Assembly (NCBI RefSeq): GCF_900167395.1
Contig: NZ_FUWK01000016.1
Coordinates: forward strand, 16,230-48,229
DNA: 32,000 nucleotides
Direction of reading: 5' to 3'
From: Nitrosomonas europaea
Lineage (GTDB): Bacteria > Pseudomonadota > Gammaproteobacteria > Burkholderiales > Nitrosomonadaceae
A model generated the notes under the pieces. That model worked only from the letters and a program-made list of their open reading frames with translations, ran no database searches and had not been told where the DNA came from. This document shows positions 30,899-32,000 of the stretch, in pieces (the stretch's first letter is position 1; every line of letters starts with the position of its first letter). A program made the position numbers and the translations under genes.

Positions 30899-31534
30899 TT
30901 AGGTAGCCTCAGAAAATAGGTCGTTCGATTCGGACTTGGATCGTTCCATAATAATCTTTATAGTCTTTTTTAGGGATTCAGAATCCCGCTTCGAATTAAT
31001 GATTTCGTTCAAGTCACGAAGCTGCCTACTTAGCTCATTGCTAACTATGGGGTGATCTAAAATAAATTTTTCTCCATCAGTAGCATTAGTATTCACGTTA
31101 TAGGTATTTACTACAAAATTATCTACCGCTTCATAGACGCGCTTTGCAGCCCATATAGCCTCTTGAGGACATCCAGAAGCCAACGACCTCAGAGAATAAA
31201 TAATCGCCGCCGCAGCGTCTTCGGCATAGGGCGTACCACTTTCCCAGGCATCCTCCTCAGAAGGTAACACAGCCATGCAGCGCTCCAGCAAACCATTGAG
31301 AATGATTGCATCGTGGTTTCCCGCTATCACAGCGTTCCAAACATAGGAAATGGCTTCGGAGTAAGCATCGAGATCGACTTTTTTTGACTTGGCCACCCTT
31401 GCATATTCAACATAACAAGTAAAAATCCTCTGCGCGCATGAGGCTGCAAAAGCACTTTGCGCTTCTATAGGAAGCTGGTCTAGGATTTCCTTCAATTTGG
31501 ATTCTGAAAATTCAATGCCTTTCATAACACCCAT
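30899..31534 (-). CDS. DUF416 (YjaG)-like protein, possibly an immunity protein of a lost upstream toxin
   Basis: Helical protein with AFAASCAQRIF..Y..., ...VWNAV..., ..LPSEEDAW.....PYAEDAAAAI... layout resembling E. coli YjaG (from memory). AT-rich. Stop TAA 30899-30901 lies 5 nt upstream of the Rhs-fragment frame opening. Confidence 0.55.
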   Translation of the reverse strand: MGVMKGIEFSESKLKEILDQLPIEAQSAFAASCAQRIFTCYVEYARVAKSKKVDLDAYSEAISYVWNAVIAGNHDAIILNGLLERCMAVLPSEEDAWESGTPYAEDAAAAIIYSLRSLASGCPQEAIWAAKRVYEAVDNFVVNTYNVNTNATDGEKFILDHPIVSNELSRQLRDLNEIINSKRDSESLKKTIKIIMERSKSESNDLFSEAT

Positions 31535-31571
31535 TTTAGCTGTCCGTGGTTTCTTGATATATGAGTAGCTT

Positions 31572-31620
31572 AAAAAACATCCCGGAACCAGAGCGAGTCC
31601 GGTTCCGGGAAATTATTTTG
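31572..31620. terminator. bidirectional rho-independent terminator-like hairpin
   Basis: Perfect 10-bp stem TCCCGGAACC (31580-31589) / GGTTCCGGGA (31601-31610) with an 11-nt loop. Flanked by A6 (31572-31577, a T-run on the minus strand) and ATTATTTT (31612-31619) on the plus strand. Confidence 0.55.
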
Positions 31621-31671
31621 CGAAAGATTTAAGGAGTGTCACTACTTCAAGCTACTACCTAAAATTCCACC

Positions 31672-32000
31672 TGAATCGCCCCGGGTTTTGAGGAGGCTCC
31701 AACTTTTGAGAGAATGGAGCCATGAGCAATCAAACAAAGTTTTCCCCTGAAGTTCGTGAACGATCTGTTCGTCTGGTACAGGAACATCGAGGCGAATATC
31801 CATCGCTATGGGCGGCGGTTGAATCAATTGCACCCAAGATTGGCTGTGTGCCCTCCACGTTGCTGGAATGGGTTAAACGTAGCGAAATTAACAATGGCGC
31901 ACGCGAAGGTCTGACAAGCAGTGAACGTGATCGCCTCAAGGCGTTGGAGCGTGAGAACAGGGAACTGCGCCGAGCCAATGAGATATTGAAAACAGCCAGT
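31672..32000 (+). mobile_element. IS3-family insertion sequence, left end (continues beyond window)
   Basis: Candidate left terminal repeat starts TGAATCGCCCCGGG at 31672 (IS3-family ends begin with TG), about 50 nt upstream of orfA. The exact boundary is unverified. Confidence 0.6.
31722..32000 (+). CDS. IS3-family transposase OrfA (partial, runs off window)
   Basis: [93 protein letters not shown]: HTH plus leucine-zipper region with the hallmark [16 protein letters not shown]. No stop before nt 32000, hence absent from the ORF track. Confidence 0.9.
   Translation, partial: MSNQTKFSPEVRERSVRLVQEHRGEYPSLWAAVESIAPKIGCVPSTLLEWVKRSEINNGAREGLTSSERDRLKALERENRELRRANEILKTAS

Noticed and set aside
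31642-31978. 63-aa and 82-aa minus-strand ORFs
   Set aside because: They are antisense to the clearly recognisable IS3 orfA.
1-32000. Looked for CRISPR arrays, tRNA/rRNA genes and long direct or inverted nucleotide repeats
   Set aside because: I saw no regularly spaced direct repeats, cloverleaf-type sequences or rRNA-like conserved blocks by eye. A tRNAscan/Rfam/CRISPR-finder run would be needed to exclude small RNAs formally.

Overview
About 50% GC proteobacterial chromosomal window. The gene content reminds me of a betaproteobacterial ammonia oxidiser such as Nitrosomonas, but that is recollection, not a search result. Almost all coding sequence between 2.8 and 31.5 kb is on the minus strand. 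There are four blocks. (i) 0-13.2 kb is an 'oxidative' accessory locus. It starts with a partial ORF and a plus-strand GMC flavoenzyme. Eight co-directional minus-strand genes follow: a membrane-anchored Kazal/cysteine-rich protein, a secreted protein sharing the same cysteine-rich C-terminal module, two small unknown ORFs, a MelC2-type tyrosinase with two C-terminal PPC-like domains, a strikingly animal-like cyclooxygenase homologue, a lipoxygenase, and an alpha-dioxygenase-like haem-peroxidase lipoprotein. (ii) 13.2-16.15 kb holds an AT-rich non-coding gap, a stand-alone KamA-family radical SAM enzyme, a decayed FitAB/VapBC-type toxin-antitoxin pair and an IS630 transposase remnant. (iii) 16.15-28.6 kb holds chpA/pilL (1713 aa multi-Hpt CheA hybrid) and pilJ without their usual partners. 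It is followed by a reduced type II secretion set, gspE-F-G-H-I-J, with no C/D/K/L/M genes; gspG appears frameshifted exactly at the prepilin cleavage site. (iv) 28.6-32 kb is a mosaic: an orphan RHH gene with a palindromic operator, an IS5-family remnant, an orphan Rhs C-terminal toxin (PT-TG plus ParB/sulfiredoxin-fold domain) with its immunity gene, a DUF416-like gene, a hairpin terminator and the left end of an IS3-family element running off the window. I saw no rRNA, tRNA or CRISPR array. The most novel candidates are the triple fatty-acid-oxygenase cluster and the tyrosinase operon with its cysteine-rich secreted partners.
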